This document shows positions 36,713 through 46,700 of a stretch of 64,000 nt of DNA, in pieces. Under the pieces are notes generated by a model, which worked only from the letters and a program-made list of their open reading frames with translations, was not told the DNA's origin and ran no database searches. The stretch comes from an uncultured Candidatus Binatia bacterium (GTDB taxonomy: Bacteria; Desulfobacterota; Binatia; UBA9968; JAJDTQ01), in contig OZ251459.1 in the NCBI GenBank assembly GCA_965242525.1, positions 3,744,001 through 3,808,000 on the forward strand, read 5' to 3'. The position numbers and the translations under genes are program-made. The stretch's first letter is position 1. Every line of letters starts with the position of its first letter.

Positions 36713-38582
36713 GCCCAACGCCAGATCCCTGTCCGAGTTCCAACGACGAACACGCATCTTTGCGCTATTCGTCGTGCTGGCCTTCGTCTTCCTCACGCAC
36801 CGCCTCTGGGTGCTCCAGGTGCTGCAGGGCAACCACTACACCACCATGTCCGAGCACAACCGGATCCGGCTGGAACGCATCCCCGCGATCCGCGGCATGG
36901 TGTTCGACCGAAGCAACCGGCTGCTGATCAACAGCCGCCCGTCCTTCGACATACGGTACCTGCCCGACGAAACGGAGGAGCCGGAAGCCACCCTGCGGCG
37001 CCTCGCCGACATGGTGGACGGCGACGCGCAGAGCTTCCTGGCCGCGGCCGGCCGCGCCAGGGACTCCGAAGGCGTCACCCTGCTTCGTGACGTGGACTGG
37101 CCGTCGGTGGTGGCGGTGGAGACGCGCCGGCTGGACCTTCCGGGCGTGTCCGTGAGCGTCCGGGCCCGGCGCAGCTACCTGACCCGCGAGATGACGGCCC
37201 ACCTGCTCGGTTACCTGGGAGAGGTCAACGCCGGGCAGTTGCAGCAACTCCGCAAACGGGGCTACCGGCGCGGGGACGAGATCGGACAGTCCGGCCTCGA
37301 GAAGAGGTGGGAATGGCAGCTCGCCGGGCGCAGCGGGGTCGAAAAGGTGGAGGTGAACGCAACCGGCCAAAAGGTGCGCATGATCGACCGGCTCAAGGCC
37401 ACTCCGGGCCACAACATCGAGTTGACCCTCGACATGGAGGTCCAGCAGGTGGCCTATGATGCCTTGAAGGACAGGGAGGGCGCCATCGTCGTCCTGGAGA
37501 CGGACACCGGCGCGGTGGTGGCGATGGTGAGTTCTCCCGCGTTCGACCCCAACTCGTTCGCCCGGGGGTTGACTTCCGGGGAATGGCGTCAACTGATGGA
37601 CGACCGGGAGACCCCGCTGCACAACCGGGCGTTGCAGGGACAGTTTCCGCCGGGCTCGACCTTCAAGATCGTGACCGCGTTGGCCGCCCTGGAGGAAGGC
37701 GTCATCTCCACCGACCGGCGGCTGTTCTGCGGCGGCTCCTACGAGGTGGGAGACCGCGTCCTCCGGTGCTGGAACAAGTACGGACACGGCCACGTGGACA
37801 TGCACCAGGCCCTGGTGCAGTCCTGCGACGTTTACTTCTACCGGTTGGCCCAGCGGCTCGGCGTGGACAAGATCGCCCGGTACGCGCGCGGTTTCGGCTT
37901 CGGCGCGCCCACCGGCATCGAGCTCGACGGAGAAAGCCCCGGACTGGTCCCCGACCGGGCGTGGAAGAGGCGTCGTTTCGGCACCCCCTGGTACCCCGGC
38001 GAGACCCCGCTGGTGGCCATCGGGCAGGGTTTCCTCGGGGTCACCCCCCTGCAGATGGCGAGCCTGACCGCCACCGTGGCCAACGGCGGGACCGTGTATC
38101 GGCCGTGGTTCGTGCGCCGGGTGCTGTCGCCGGAAGGCCAGGTCATGGAAGAGTACGGCCCGGTGCGGAAGGCCACCCTGGAGATGAAGGACGAGAGCCT
38201 TGCGCTGGTGCGCCGGGCGCTCTTCGACGTGGTCCACCACCAGCGGGGCACGGGCAAGAGGGCGCGCTCGGAAGCTGTGGAGGTGGCCGGCAAGACCGGG
38301 ACCGCACAGGTGGTCCAGATGGTGGGGGAAGTGGTCAAGAGCGAGGACCTGCCCTACGAGGTCCGGGACCACGCGTGGTTCGTGGCCTACGCTCCGGCCA
38401 AGGACCCCAGGATCGCCGTCGTCGCCCTGGTGGAGCACGGCGGGCACGGCGGAGCCGCCGCGGCGCCCATCGCCAAGGAGGTCATCGAAGCCTATTTCCA
38501 CGTCGAAAGCGACGAAGAGGCGGATGGCGACATGGTCGTCCTGGCCGACGATACGAGCCTCCGGACCGCCCATGCAGATTGA
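36699..38582 (+). CDS. mrdA: Penicillin-binding protein 2
   Basis: RG...DR, PPGSTFK (SxxK), SCD, KTGTAQ, DHAWF. Confidence 0.95.
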   Translation: MPPRRPNARSLSEFQRRTRIFALFVVLAFVFLTHRLWVLQVLQGNHYTTMSEHNRIRLERIPAIRGMVFDRSNRLLINSRPSFDIRYLPDETEEPEATLRRLADMVDGDAQSFLAAAGRARDSEGVTLLRDVDWPSVVAVETRRLDLPGVSVSVRARRSYLTREMTAHLLGYLGEVNAGQLQQLRKRGYRRGDEIGQSGLEKRWEWQLAGRSGVEKVEVNATGQKVRMIDRLKATPGHNIELTLDMEVQQVAYDALKDREGAIVVLETDTGAVVAMVSSPAFDPNSFARGLTSGEWRQLMDDRETPLHNRALQGQFPPGSTFKIVTALAALEEGVISTDRRLFCGGSYEVGDRVLRCWNKYGHGHVDMHQALVQSCDVYFYRLAQRLGVDKIARYARGFGFGAPTGIELDGESPGLVPDRAWKRRRFGTPWYPGETPLVAIGQGFLGVTPLQMASLTATVANGGTVYRPWFVRRVLSPEGQVMEEYGPVRKATLEMKDESLALVRRALFDVVHHQRGTGKRARSEAVEVAGKTGTAQVVQMVGEVVKSEDLPYEVRDHAWFVAYAPAKDPRIAVVALVEHGGHGGAAAAPIAKEVIEAYFHVESDEEADGDMVVLADDTSLRTAHAD

Positions 38583-39669
38583 CCGCCGACTCATCGCCAG
38601 CTTCGACTGGCCCCTGTTCCTCCTGTCCGTGGCGCTGGCCGTGGTGGGGATCCTGACCATCTACAGCGCCAACTGCAACGCCAACGACGAATGCTCTCGT
38701 TACCTGGCCACCCGCCAGTCCTACTGGCTGGTCATCGGCGTGGCGTCCATGGCCGCGGCGTTCTCGGTGGATTACCAGCGGTTGGACCGTTGGACCTACC
38801 CCCTCTACGCCGCGGTCCTCGTCTTCCTCGCCCTGGTGCTCGCGGTCGGCACCACCAGCGGGGGAGCCCAGAGGTGGCTCGACCTGAAGGTCTTCCTGTT
38901 CCAGCCCTCGGAGTTCGCCAAGGTCGCGCTCGTGCTGCTGCTGGCCAAGACCCTGCGCCACTACGAGCCCGGCTATCCCCTGATGGACCTGTGGGCCCCT
39001 CTCCTGCTCTGTGCGCCGGTGCTCGCCCTGGTGCTGCTGCAGCCGGACCTGGGCACCGCGGTGCTGATCCTGCTCATCGCCGTGACCGTGGTCGTCATGT
39101 CCGGACTGCGCGGGCGGTCGTTGCTGTACCTGGCCGTTGCGGCCGTCGCCGCCCTGCCCGCGGGCTGGCAGTTCCTGAAGCCCTACCAGAAGACCCGCAT
39201 CTGGACCTTCATGAACCCCGAGTCGGACCCCCTCGGGGCCGGCTACCACGTGGTCCAGTCCAAGATCGCCATCGGCTCGGGCCAGGTCTGGGGCAAGGGG
39301 TACCTGCAAGGAAGCCAGAACCGGCTGGAGTTCCTCCCCGAGCAGCATACGGACTTCGTCTTCTCCGTGTTCGCCGAGGAGTGGGGGTTCTCCGGCTGCG
39401 TGCTGCTGCTCGCCGGCTACGTGCTGCTGATCCTCCTCTCGCTCAGGGCGGTGCGGCGGGCCCAGGACCGCTTCGGGGCGCTGCTGGCCACGGGCATGGG
39501 GGCCATCCTGTTCTGGCAGTTCACCATCAACATCGGGATGGTGACCGGGCTCCTGCCCGTGGTGGGGATTCCGCTGCCGCTCCTGAGCTACGGAGGGTCG
39601 TCGCTGGTGACGACCCTGGTGGCGGTGGGCCTGCTCATCAGCGTGAGCATGAGACGCTACCCCCGTTAG
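38572..39669 (+). CDS. rodA: Rod shape-determining SEDS protein RodA
   Basis: QPSEFAK, QPDLGT, IAIGSG, LPEQHTDF, SYGGSS. Confidence 0.95.
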   Translation: MQIDRRLIASFDWPLFLLSVALAVVGILTIYSANCNANDECSRYLATRQSYWLVIGVASMAAAFSVDYQRLDRWTYPLYAAVLVFLALVLAVGTTSGGAQRWLDLKVFLFQPSEFAKVALVLLLAKTLRHYEPGYPLMDLWAPLLLCAPVLALVLLQPDLGTAVLILLIAVTVVVMSGLRGRSLLYLAVAAVAALPAGWQFLKPYQKTRIWTFMNPESDPLGAGYHVVQSKIAIGSGQVWGKGYLQGSQNRLEFLPEQHTDFVFSVFAEEWGFSGCVLLLAGYVLLILLSLRAVRRAQDRFGALLATGMGAILFWQFTINIGMVTGLLPVVGIPLPLLSYGGSSLVTTLVAVGLLISVSMRRYPR

Positions 39670-39738
39670 CCCGCGCCCGGACCCGGGCCAGGGAACGTCT
39701 GGACAATACCGCCCCGGGTTCCCTCTCTCCCGCCCCTT

Positions 39739-39764
39739 CGGCCATGACCGGAAGGCAGGGAGGC
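39739..39764 (+). repeat. 26-bp exact direct repeat (second copy 40772-40797)
   Basis: CGGCCATGACCGGAAGGCAGGGAGGC at both positions. Confidence 0.9.
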
Positions 39765-39835
39765 GGCTCGGCTTGAAGGCCGTTCGGTTGACGGCTATTC
39801 TATCGTCAGCGACGATGGACGGAGGCTGTGAAGGC

Positions 39836-40303
39836 ATGAACGCACTCGAAGAATACGCAGATCCCGTTGTCGTGCCAGCCAGCGAGCCGGTCAGACTTGC
39901 ACGGCTCATGGCGTTGACGACTTCCGAAGGGTTCGACGACGTGGCGTTGGCCCGGCGGGTGGCGGACGGACTGCCCACCTCAGTGGTGAAAGAGTTCGCC
40001 GGATTGCTCGGTCGTTCCCGAATCATCGGCCCGGTCGTTCCCGAGGCCACGTTCCGGCGGCTCGAAAGGCGCGGGAAGCCCTTGCCGCGGGAACACAGCG
40101 AACGCATCTACGAGCTGGGACGGGTGATCGATGCCGTAGGACGCGCGTTCCACGGGGACGTGGAACGCATCGACCGTTTCCTCGAGCGTCCGCATCCGTT
40201 GCTGGACGGCGCTACGCCCCTGGACATGGCCCGCTCCTGTTCGGCCGGCGCCCATGCCGTGTTGAACCTGCTGCGCCGCGCCGAAGCGGGCGTTGCAGTG
40301 TGA
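39836..40303 (+). CDS. Xre/MbcA/ParS-family antitoxin
   Basis: GLP, SERIYELGRV, FLERPHPLLDGATPLD, GA..V..LL...EAG. Confidence 0.88.
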   Translation: MNALEEYADPVVVPASEPVRLARLMALTTSEGFDDVALARRVADGLPTSVVKEFAGLLGRSRIIGPVVPEATFRRLERRGKPLPREHSERIYELGRVIDAVGRAFHGDVERIDRFLERPHPLLDGATPLDMARSCSAGAHAVLNLLRRAEAGVAV

Positions 40304-40367
40304 CGCACGCGCTCACACGCTACCGCAACAGCCTCCAAGTGATGAACACGTTATATCCGGCGTGGGT

Positions 40368-40539
40368 GTGACACCTGCTCGCACCCTCCCCGAAACCCTC
40401 ACGGCCTACCGGATCGGCGACCTCGGTGGTCGCACGAATGGAACGAAACGTCGTCATCAACGCAAACCACCCGGACTTCCCGCGCATCCGACACGGCATC
40501 GAAACCCGCGTCTGGTGGGACCAACGGCTTTTCCGTTGA
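40368..40539 (+). pseudogene. RES-domain toxin remnant with a large internal deletion
   Basis: N-terminal LTAYRIGD is joined out of frame to C-terminal VVARMERNVVINANHPDF...WWDQRLF*; the catalytic middle is missing. Confidence 0.8.
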
Positions 40540-40554
40540 GCTACGAACCGATGA

Positions 40555-40654
40555 GGAACCCCTGAACAATCGAGACATCCGGGATGGATTCCCTCACCCT
40601 GACCATCCTGTCCCCGTTCGTCCTGAGCGTAGCGAAGCGAAGTCGAAGGACGCG
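40555..40654. repeat. Partial MITE/REP copy
   Basis: GGAACCCCTGAACAATCGAGACATCCGGGATGG...GTCGAAGGACGCG. Confidence 0.8.
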
Positions 40655-40823
40655 AGCTCGGCATCGACGTGGACGGCGTCCTCCGGGACATGAGCGCCCG
40701 CGGCGCGCAGTCCATCCTCTCGGTATTGACCCCGCGGGGTCCCCTCGTTAGGGTGGTACAGGACACAGGACCGGCCATGACCGGAAGGCAGGGAGGCCGT
40801 TCAGCCGGGAACGGCCGAGGGAG

Positions 40824-41249
40824 ATGGAAATGGGCGAAATCGCGGTCAACGTCGTGTTGGAGAATACGGGAGACCGGGCATTTTTCGAGCGAGGGCACGG
40901 CCAGGAATCCGATATCCGCCGCACCAGCGTCGAAGCCATCGTCGATACGGGAGCGGTCATGACGTTCCTGCCCCAGAACGTCGTCGAGGGTCTCGGGATA
41001 CGCAACCGGGGGACCGCGACCGTGACCTATGCGGACGAGCGCAAGGAGGAACGACCCATAGCGGGTCCCGTGACCCTGCACGTCTGCAACCGCTTCATGA
41101 ACACCGATTGCGTCGTCGGGCCTCCGCTCAGCGAGCCGCTGGTTGGCCAGATCGTCCTCGAAGCGCTTGACCTGATCGCGGATTGCACGAACCGCACCCT
41201 GACCCCGCGCCCCGAGTCGCCGGACTACCCTCTGATCAAGGTGAAATGA
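40824..41249 (+). CDS. Clan AA (retropepsin-like) aspartic protease
   Basis: AIVDTGA, YAD, EPLVGQIVLEALDL. Confidence 0.88.
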   Translation: MEMGEIAVNVVLENTGDRAFFERGHGQESDIRRTSVEAIVDTGAVMTFLPQNVVEGLGIRNRGTATVTYADERKEERPIAGPVTLHVCNRFMNTDCVVGPPLSEPLVGQIVLEALDLIADCTNRTLTPRPESPDYPLIKVK

Positions 41250-41324
41250 TTCCAGTTCGGCCACTGAATAGTAGAGACGAGAATCTCAAATTAAGCAAAC
41301 AACTTCACTTTAACGAGGTCATTG

Positions 41325-43670
41325 ATGAAAACCAAAACAGACAATAATGAACCATGCCCGCAAGTATTTGCTGCATTTCCGAGCAAACCACCGGAATTAT
41401 ACGATACTGTTAGGCGTGCGATTGGGAAAGCAGATAGTTCTGACAGTCAGTTAAGTTTTCATGCATGGCCGGAGAGCGATATTGCGGGACGGCCATTAAG
41501 CCAACCAATAGTGAGTGGTATAGAGAACGCCGCATTTGTTGTCGCCGATGTCACCATACTCAATTTCAACGTGACATATGAAATAGGATTTGCTATCGGT
41601 ACAAAGCGGCGTGTGTATCTTATTCGTAATCAAACCTTGAGGCAGGATGATGACAGTATTTCGAGGGTAGGCATTTTCGACACACTGGGGCATGTTGGAT
41701 ATGGCGACTCATTGGAATTAGCTAGGATTTTGACGTCAGGCATCGATCAAACACCCTTGGAGACCAATTTTCCACTGGACCAAAAAACGCCTGTCTATAT
41801 CCTAGAAACACCGTACCGGAACGACGATATGGGATACATTGTATCGCGAACGAAAAAAGCAAGACTTCAGTATCGAAGTTTCAATCCGTCTGAAGAAGTA
41901 AGAATGGCAGCGATCGACAGCGTAAAGCATGTAGCTAGTTCTCATGGTGTTATCTTGCCGTTGCTATCAACGGCGATGCGAGACGCCAGTATTCACAATA
42001 TCCGTGCGGCGTTCGTTGCCGGCTTAGCTCACGGAATGAGAAAACCGACGCTTATTTTGCAGGGTCAAGAGGGACCTGTGCCTTTAGATGTTCGAGATTT
42101 TGTGAAGAGCTACCGACACTTGAATGAAATCGACGAATACATACAGCAATTTGCTTTGGAAGTAGTTGACTCAATGCAAAATGTGGAACCGGCTGCGACA
42201 CCGACTAGGGATACGCTCGCACGATTAACTATCGGTGATCCAATGGCGGAGAATGAGTTTCAGATCTTAGATAATTATTATCTTCGACGCGACGAGTTTG
42301 GTCGATCTATCCGCGGGGAAGTCAACATGGTTGTTGGAAGGAAGGGATCAGGGAAGACAGCCTTGTTTTCCCAGGTTCGTAACGAACTCAGGCGAGACAC
42401 CTCTCGGATTGTGGTCGATCTCAAGCCAGAGGGCTATCAATTGGTCAAGCTAAAGGAGTTTGTGCTCGATCACCTCACTGGTGGAGCCAAGGAGCACTTG
42501 ATTACAGCCTTCTGGGAGTATCTCTTACTCCTGGAAGTCGCCTATAAGCTTCTTGAGAAGGACCAGACTCGCTATATGCGAGATCATGATATACATCCTC
42601 ACTACAAGAAACTACAGGATACCTACCAGAAATCTCCAAATGTAATATTGGGCGACTTCTCTGAACGACTTCGTGAGTTATCATCCCACGTCTCAGATGA
42701 GTACTACGCAAAGGCCCAAAAATACAACGACGGCCGCCTAACATCAGACGAGATCACCGAGGTTTTACATTCTAGAAATATTAAGGAACTTCGAGGAAAC
42801 ATTTCTCGCTATCTGGAGTACAAGGCAGGAGTATGGATTCTATTTGATAACCTGGATAGAGGCTGGAATGTTCCTCGTCCTACAACTAGCGATATTTTAA
42901 TCTTACGTTGCCTCATGGATGCAGGCCGGAAAATTCAGCGAGAAATGCAGCGAGAGGGGCACGATTTTCACTGTGTGGTGTTCATTAGGAATGACGTCTA
43001 TCAGTTGCTAATGAACCAAAGCCCTGATTTTGGCAAAGAGATGCGCGTATCACTTGATTGGAGTGACGCAGAAGTACTCAGGGAAGTCATCAGGCTACGA
43101 CTTGTTTACAATGGATTTCCGTCAGAGACAAAGTTTAGTGTCGTTTGGCCGAAAATCTGTATAAGTCACTACAGAGGGGAAGAGACGTCTCAGTATATGA
43201 TTGATCGCTGTTTGATGCGTCCACGAAATCTATTGAAAATCCTGAATCACTGCAAGGGCTCTGCGGTGAACTTAGGGCACGATCGCATTGAAGCTGACGA
43301 TATAAAGAAAGGAATACTTAGCTATTCATATGATCTATTGATCGAAGCCAGTCAGGAATTGGCAAACATTGATCCACAAGCTGAGGATGTTATTTATCGT
43401 TTTATTGGAGAGAGCTGGAGTTTTTCCGAGGGTGAGATGCTAGAGCTTTTGAAGCAACATGATTTACGAGAAGATCAGTGTGATTCGGTATTAACTTTTC
43501 TCCTCTATTTTGGCTTTCTCGGTATTCGAGTTGATAATGATGATCCTCTATACATTTTTCATGTTGGATACGACATGAAACAATTACAGATGCGTATAGA
43601 AAAGAACAAACATCATCTGAACTACACGTTGAACCCGGCTTTCTGGCCTGCGCTAGGCGTTGGCCCGTAA
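41325..43670 (+). CDS. Low-GC P-loop ATPase (Sll1717-like) with N-terminal nucleoside-deoxyribosyltransferase/TIR-like domain(s)
   Basis: FVVADVT..NFNVTYEIGFA, IGDPMAENE, Walker A GRKGSGKT, Walker B ILFDNLD, FIRND, RPRN. Strongly AT-rich relative to the window. Confidence 0.75.
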   Translation: MKTKTDNNEPCPQVFAAFPSKPPELYDTVRRAIGKADSSDSQLSFHAWPESDIAGRPLSQPIVSGIENAAFVVADVTILNFNVTYEIGFAIGTKRRVYLIRNQTLRQDDDSISRVGIFDTLGHVGYGDSLELARILTSGIDQTPLETNFPLDQKTPVYILETPYRNDDMGYIVSRTKKARLQYRSFNPSEEVRMAAIDSVKHVASSHGVILPLLSTAMRDASIHNIRAAFVAGLAHGMRKPTLILQGQEGPVPLDVRDFVKSYRHLNEIDEYIQQFALEVVDSMQNVEPAATPTRDTLARLTIGDPMAENEFQILDNYYLRRDEFGRSIRGEVNMVVGRKGSGKTALFSQVRNELRRDTSRIVVDLKPEGYQLVKLKEFVLDHLTGGAKEHLITAFWEYLLLLEVAYKLLEKDQTRYMRDHDIHPHYKKLQDTYQKSPNVILGDFSERLRELSSHVSDEYYAKAQKYNDGRLTSDEITEVLHSRNIKELRGNISRYLEYKAGVWILFDNLDRGWNVPRPTTSDILILRCLMDAGRKIQREMQREGHDFHCVVFIRNDVYQLLMNQSPDFGKEMRVSLDWSDAEVLREVIRLRLVYNGFPSETKFSVVWPKICISHYRGEETSQYMIDRCLMRPRNLLKILNHCKGSAVNLGHDRIEADDIKKGILSYSYDLLIEASQELANIDPQAEDVIYRFIGESWSFSEGEMLELLKQHDLREDQCDSVLTFLLYFGFLGIRVDNDDPLYIFHVGYDMKQLQMRIEKNKHHLNYTLNPAFWPALGVGP

Positions 43671-43746
43671 TTGCCCACCGCTGATTCTTGATGAAGCCAC
43701 CTTCCGGTTTCCCCAGGGAAAAGAAGACGGCCATATGCCGATAGAA

Positions 43747-46700
43747 TTACATTTGTCGCGATACTGCCTCTCCCTGGAGTTTCTCGCCATCGTTAAGGGT
43801 TGAAAAGGATGTTCGGGTTGTAGCTAATAGTATCGTCCTAATCCGTCTTGCGGTATCGGTAAAGTGCTGGACTTCCTCTGGCCACAGCGGGCGGCCGAGG
43901 ATGTCGCGTTCGCGGTAGGAGAGCCATTTCTTGAGGACTTGGTAGCCGCCGAGTTTGTAGTTCCAGACCGCGGCGGGGACGTTGCGCCAGAAGGCGCGGT
44001 CGTTGAAGTACACGTCGAGCGTCGTGTCACCGAGGGCAGGGAGCGTATCGCGCATGGCGACGCGTTCGTCCAGTGTAAAAGCACGTTCGACGATCCGGCC
44101 TTGGCCAGGCATGACCGCGTCGCCGGTTCCGTAGTGGCCCCAGCCGGTGGTGAGGGCGAAGTTGTCGCCGGTCATGTTGCGCCCGTCCGTGGTGGCGGGC
44201 ACGGCGATGGCGGTTATCTCCGGGCGTAACGCGCCCGTGGTGACGCCGGAGACCGGCGTCTCAAGGTCGAGCAGGGCTGCGAGTTGGCGGCCCCGGGCGG
44301 CGGAGCGGGCGAGCGCATCAGCCACGTGGCTGTCCGGAAAGGCAGGACTTTGTTCGGTTGTGGGCGGGCGCCCCGCGGTCCCGGGAGCATGCCAGCCGGG
44401 AAGCGGGATGCGTGGGTACTCCATGCGGAGCGCCCCGGCGTTGGCCTCCCGGTAGGCGGGATCGTGAAGGGTGGCGAGGACGTGATGGAACAGGTCCTCG
44501 ACGCCAAGGCCGAGGCGTTTGAGGTAGCGTTCCGCCACGCCTGAAATGTTGGGGCGGCGGGTCTCGATAGTATTGTTTTCGGTACTTTCGTCGTTGCGAA
44601 GGTAAGCGGAAAAGAAACAAGTCGCATTCCCTATCAAATCATGACAACCGAGATGATCGGTCACACAGGCTCGTGGTTCAGCCGCTCCCTTTTGCGGCCG
44701 TTTGTTGAACGAGAGCCACAAATTTCCTGCGAAAACGTGCGGGCGATAATCCGCTCGCTTCTCGTCCAGCAGTTTCGTCTCCGCTTCCCAATACACCCAC
44801 CGATGGTCGAACGGGCGATACGCGAATCGAATGAACCCGGACTCGTCTGGGCCGCCCCGCGCAAGCAACGTCTCCCGGACAGCGCGCGGGTCGAACCGTG
44901 CCGTGGTCTTCATCACCGCGGGATAGCGCCGGGCGATCTCCTCATGGCTCAGGGCAGGGTCGAAGTAGTCCGTGATGCGCGCCTTCAGCCGTTCGAGGTC
45001 GGTATCGACGAGAAACCCGTCGCGGCTGGTCTTGACCCCAGGGAAGGACACCGGGAACAGCTCCGGCAACGCCGGCCAGTCGAACCAGTCCTCGCTCACC
45101 GCCGTTTGCACGAACGGCAGGCCCAGGGGCAGGAGCGGCGACACCTCGGCATACACCGCGTCCGGCGCCGCTTCCGCGGTTTCCAGCAACTCCTCCCGCT
45201 TCGCCTGACCCCACAGATGGCGGAAACCCACCGCTTCCGCCGGCGCATGGTCCGCCTTGCGCACCAGCGTCGCTATCGCCGTCCCCACCTGGATCCCCAC
45301 AGGGTCCCCTTCCGTCGAAAAGATGCTCGGGTCCGGCGTCCCGTCCGGCGCTACCTTCCCGGTCTTGTACTTGTCACCGTTCAGGCAGTCGATGCGCACC
45401 GCGTCGAACACTTCCAGGTACCGTTCCCGCATCCCCGTGAACGACAGGCCATCGAGCCACGAGTAGTTGGAGATGAAGCAGACCACGCCACGACCGGTCT
45501 TCTCCGCGATGCGCCGTTCCGCCATGCGGAAGAAGCGCACGTACAGGTCGTTCAACCCCTGTCCCTCCGGCCTTCGTACCCGCTTCGTCCTTCGGTAGGA
45601 TTCCGACAGTTCCCGCTCCTCGTCCACCGCCATGCCGGCAAAGCCGTTGTAGGGAGGGTTGCCCAGGATCACCAGGATGGGCCTGTCCTGTTTCACCCGC
45701 TCCGCCCGGTCCCGCTCTTCCTCCAGCTCGGGGAAGGGCAGCGGCTTGATGGTGTGCGGCTCCCAGCCGGTCAAGGCGTTGGTGAGGAAGACCCCGGGCC
45801 GTTCCTCCCCGTCATCCTTCAGGGGCGCGTCCAGGTCCTGCATGGTCAGTCCCACTTGCAGGTGAGCCACCACGAAGGGAGCGGGCATGATCTCGAAACC
45901 GAACACCCGCTCGGTGGCCGCCTGCTTCACCCGCGCCCCGGCCAACGCTCCCAGGCCGCGGCCTTCCAGGTTGGCGGCGATGCGGCGCAAGACCTCTGCC
46001 AGGTAGGCCCCGGTGCCGCAGCACGGGTCCAGCACATAGACGTTCTCCGCAGCCAGCCCCTCGGCAATGCCCAGGTCGTCCTTCAAGGCCCGGTCCACGC
46101 GGGTCACCATGTAGCGCACCACTTCGGAAGGGGTGTACCAGACGCCCAGTTGCTTGCGCAGGTCGGGGTCGAAGGCTTCGAGGAAGGGTTCGTAGAAATA
46201 GGGCACGGCCTCGCCTTCGTTGAAGCGGGCGAAGAAGGCCGCGTGGTCCACCCGGTCGAGTGCAGCGGCGGTCCAGTTCAGGACCTCGACGAGACCCAGC
46301 GGCTGCAGGCGGCCGGGGTCGGATAGTTGCTGGAACAACGCTCGGAGCACCGGCGCGCGCAGGTGCCATACCGCATCATGCCAATTGAAGCGGGCGGGAC
46401 GCCCGCGTTCCCAGGGGGGAGACGTTGGCAGGGACGTTCGGACTGCGGCCCTTGCCCACAGCACCCAGGCGGAGAAGACGCCGTAGAACAGCGTCTGCAC
46501 CAGGGTCGAACGGAAGAAGCGCGCGCCTTTCTCTCCCTCGAAGCGCACTCCCAACGCCTCTTCCAGCGCCTTGCGTACCGCCTCCAACGAGGGGGCGTCG
46601 CCCGCAGCCTCGACACGGGCCAAGCCGTCCCGGGCATAGGAGGCCAGCAGCCAAGCCAAGTCCCTGGGTTCGGTCAACGCTGCCCGATGCGACAGTGCCC

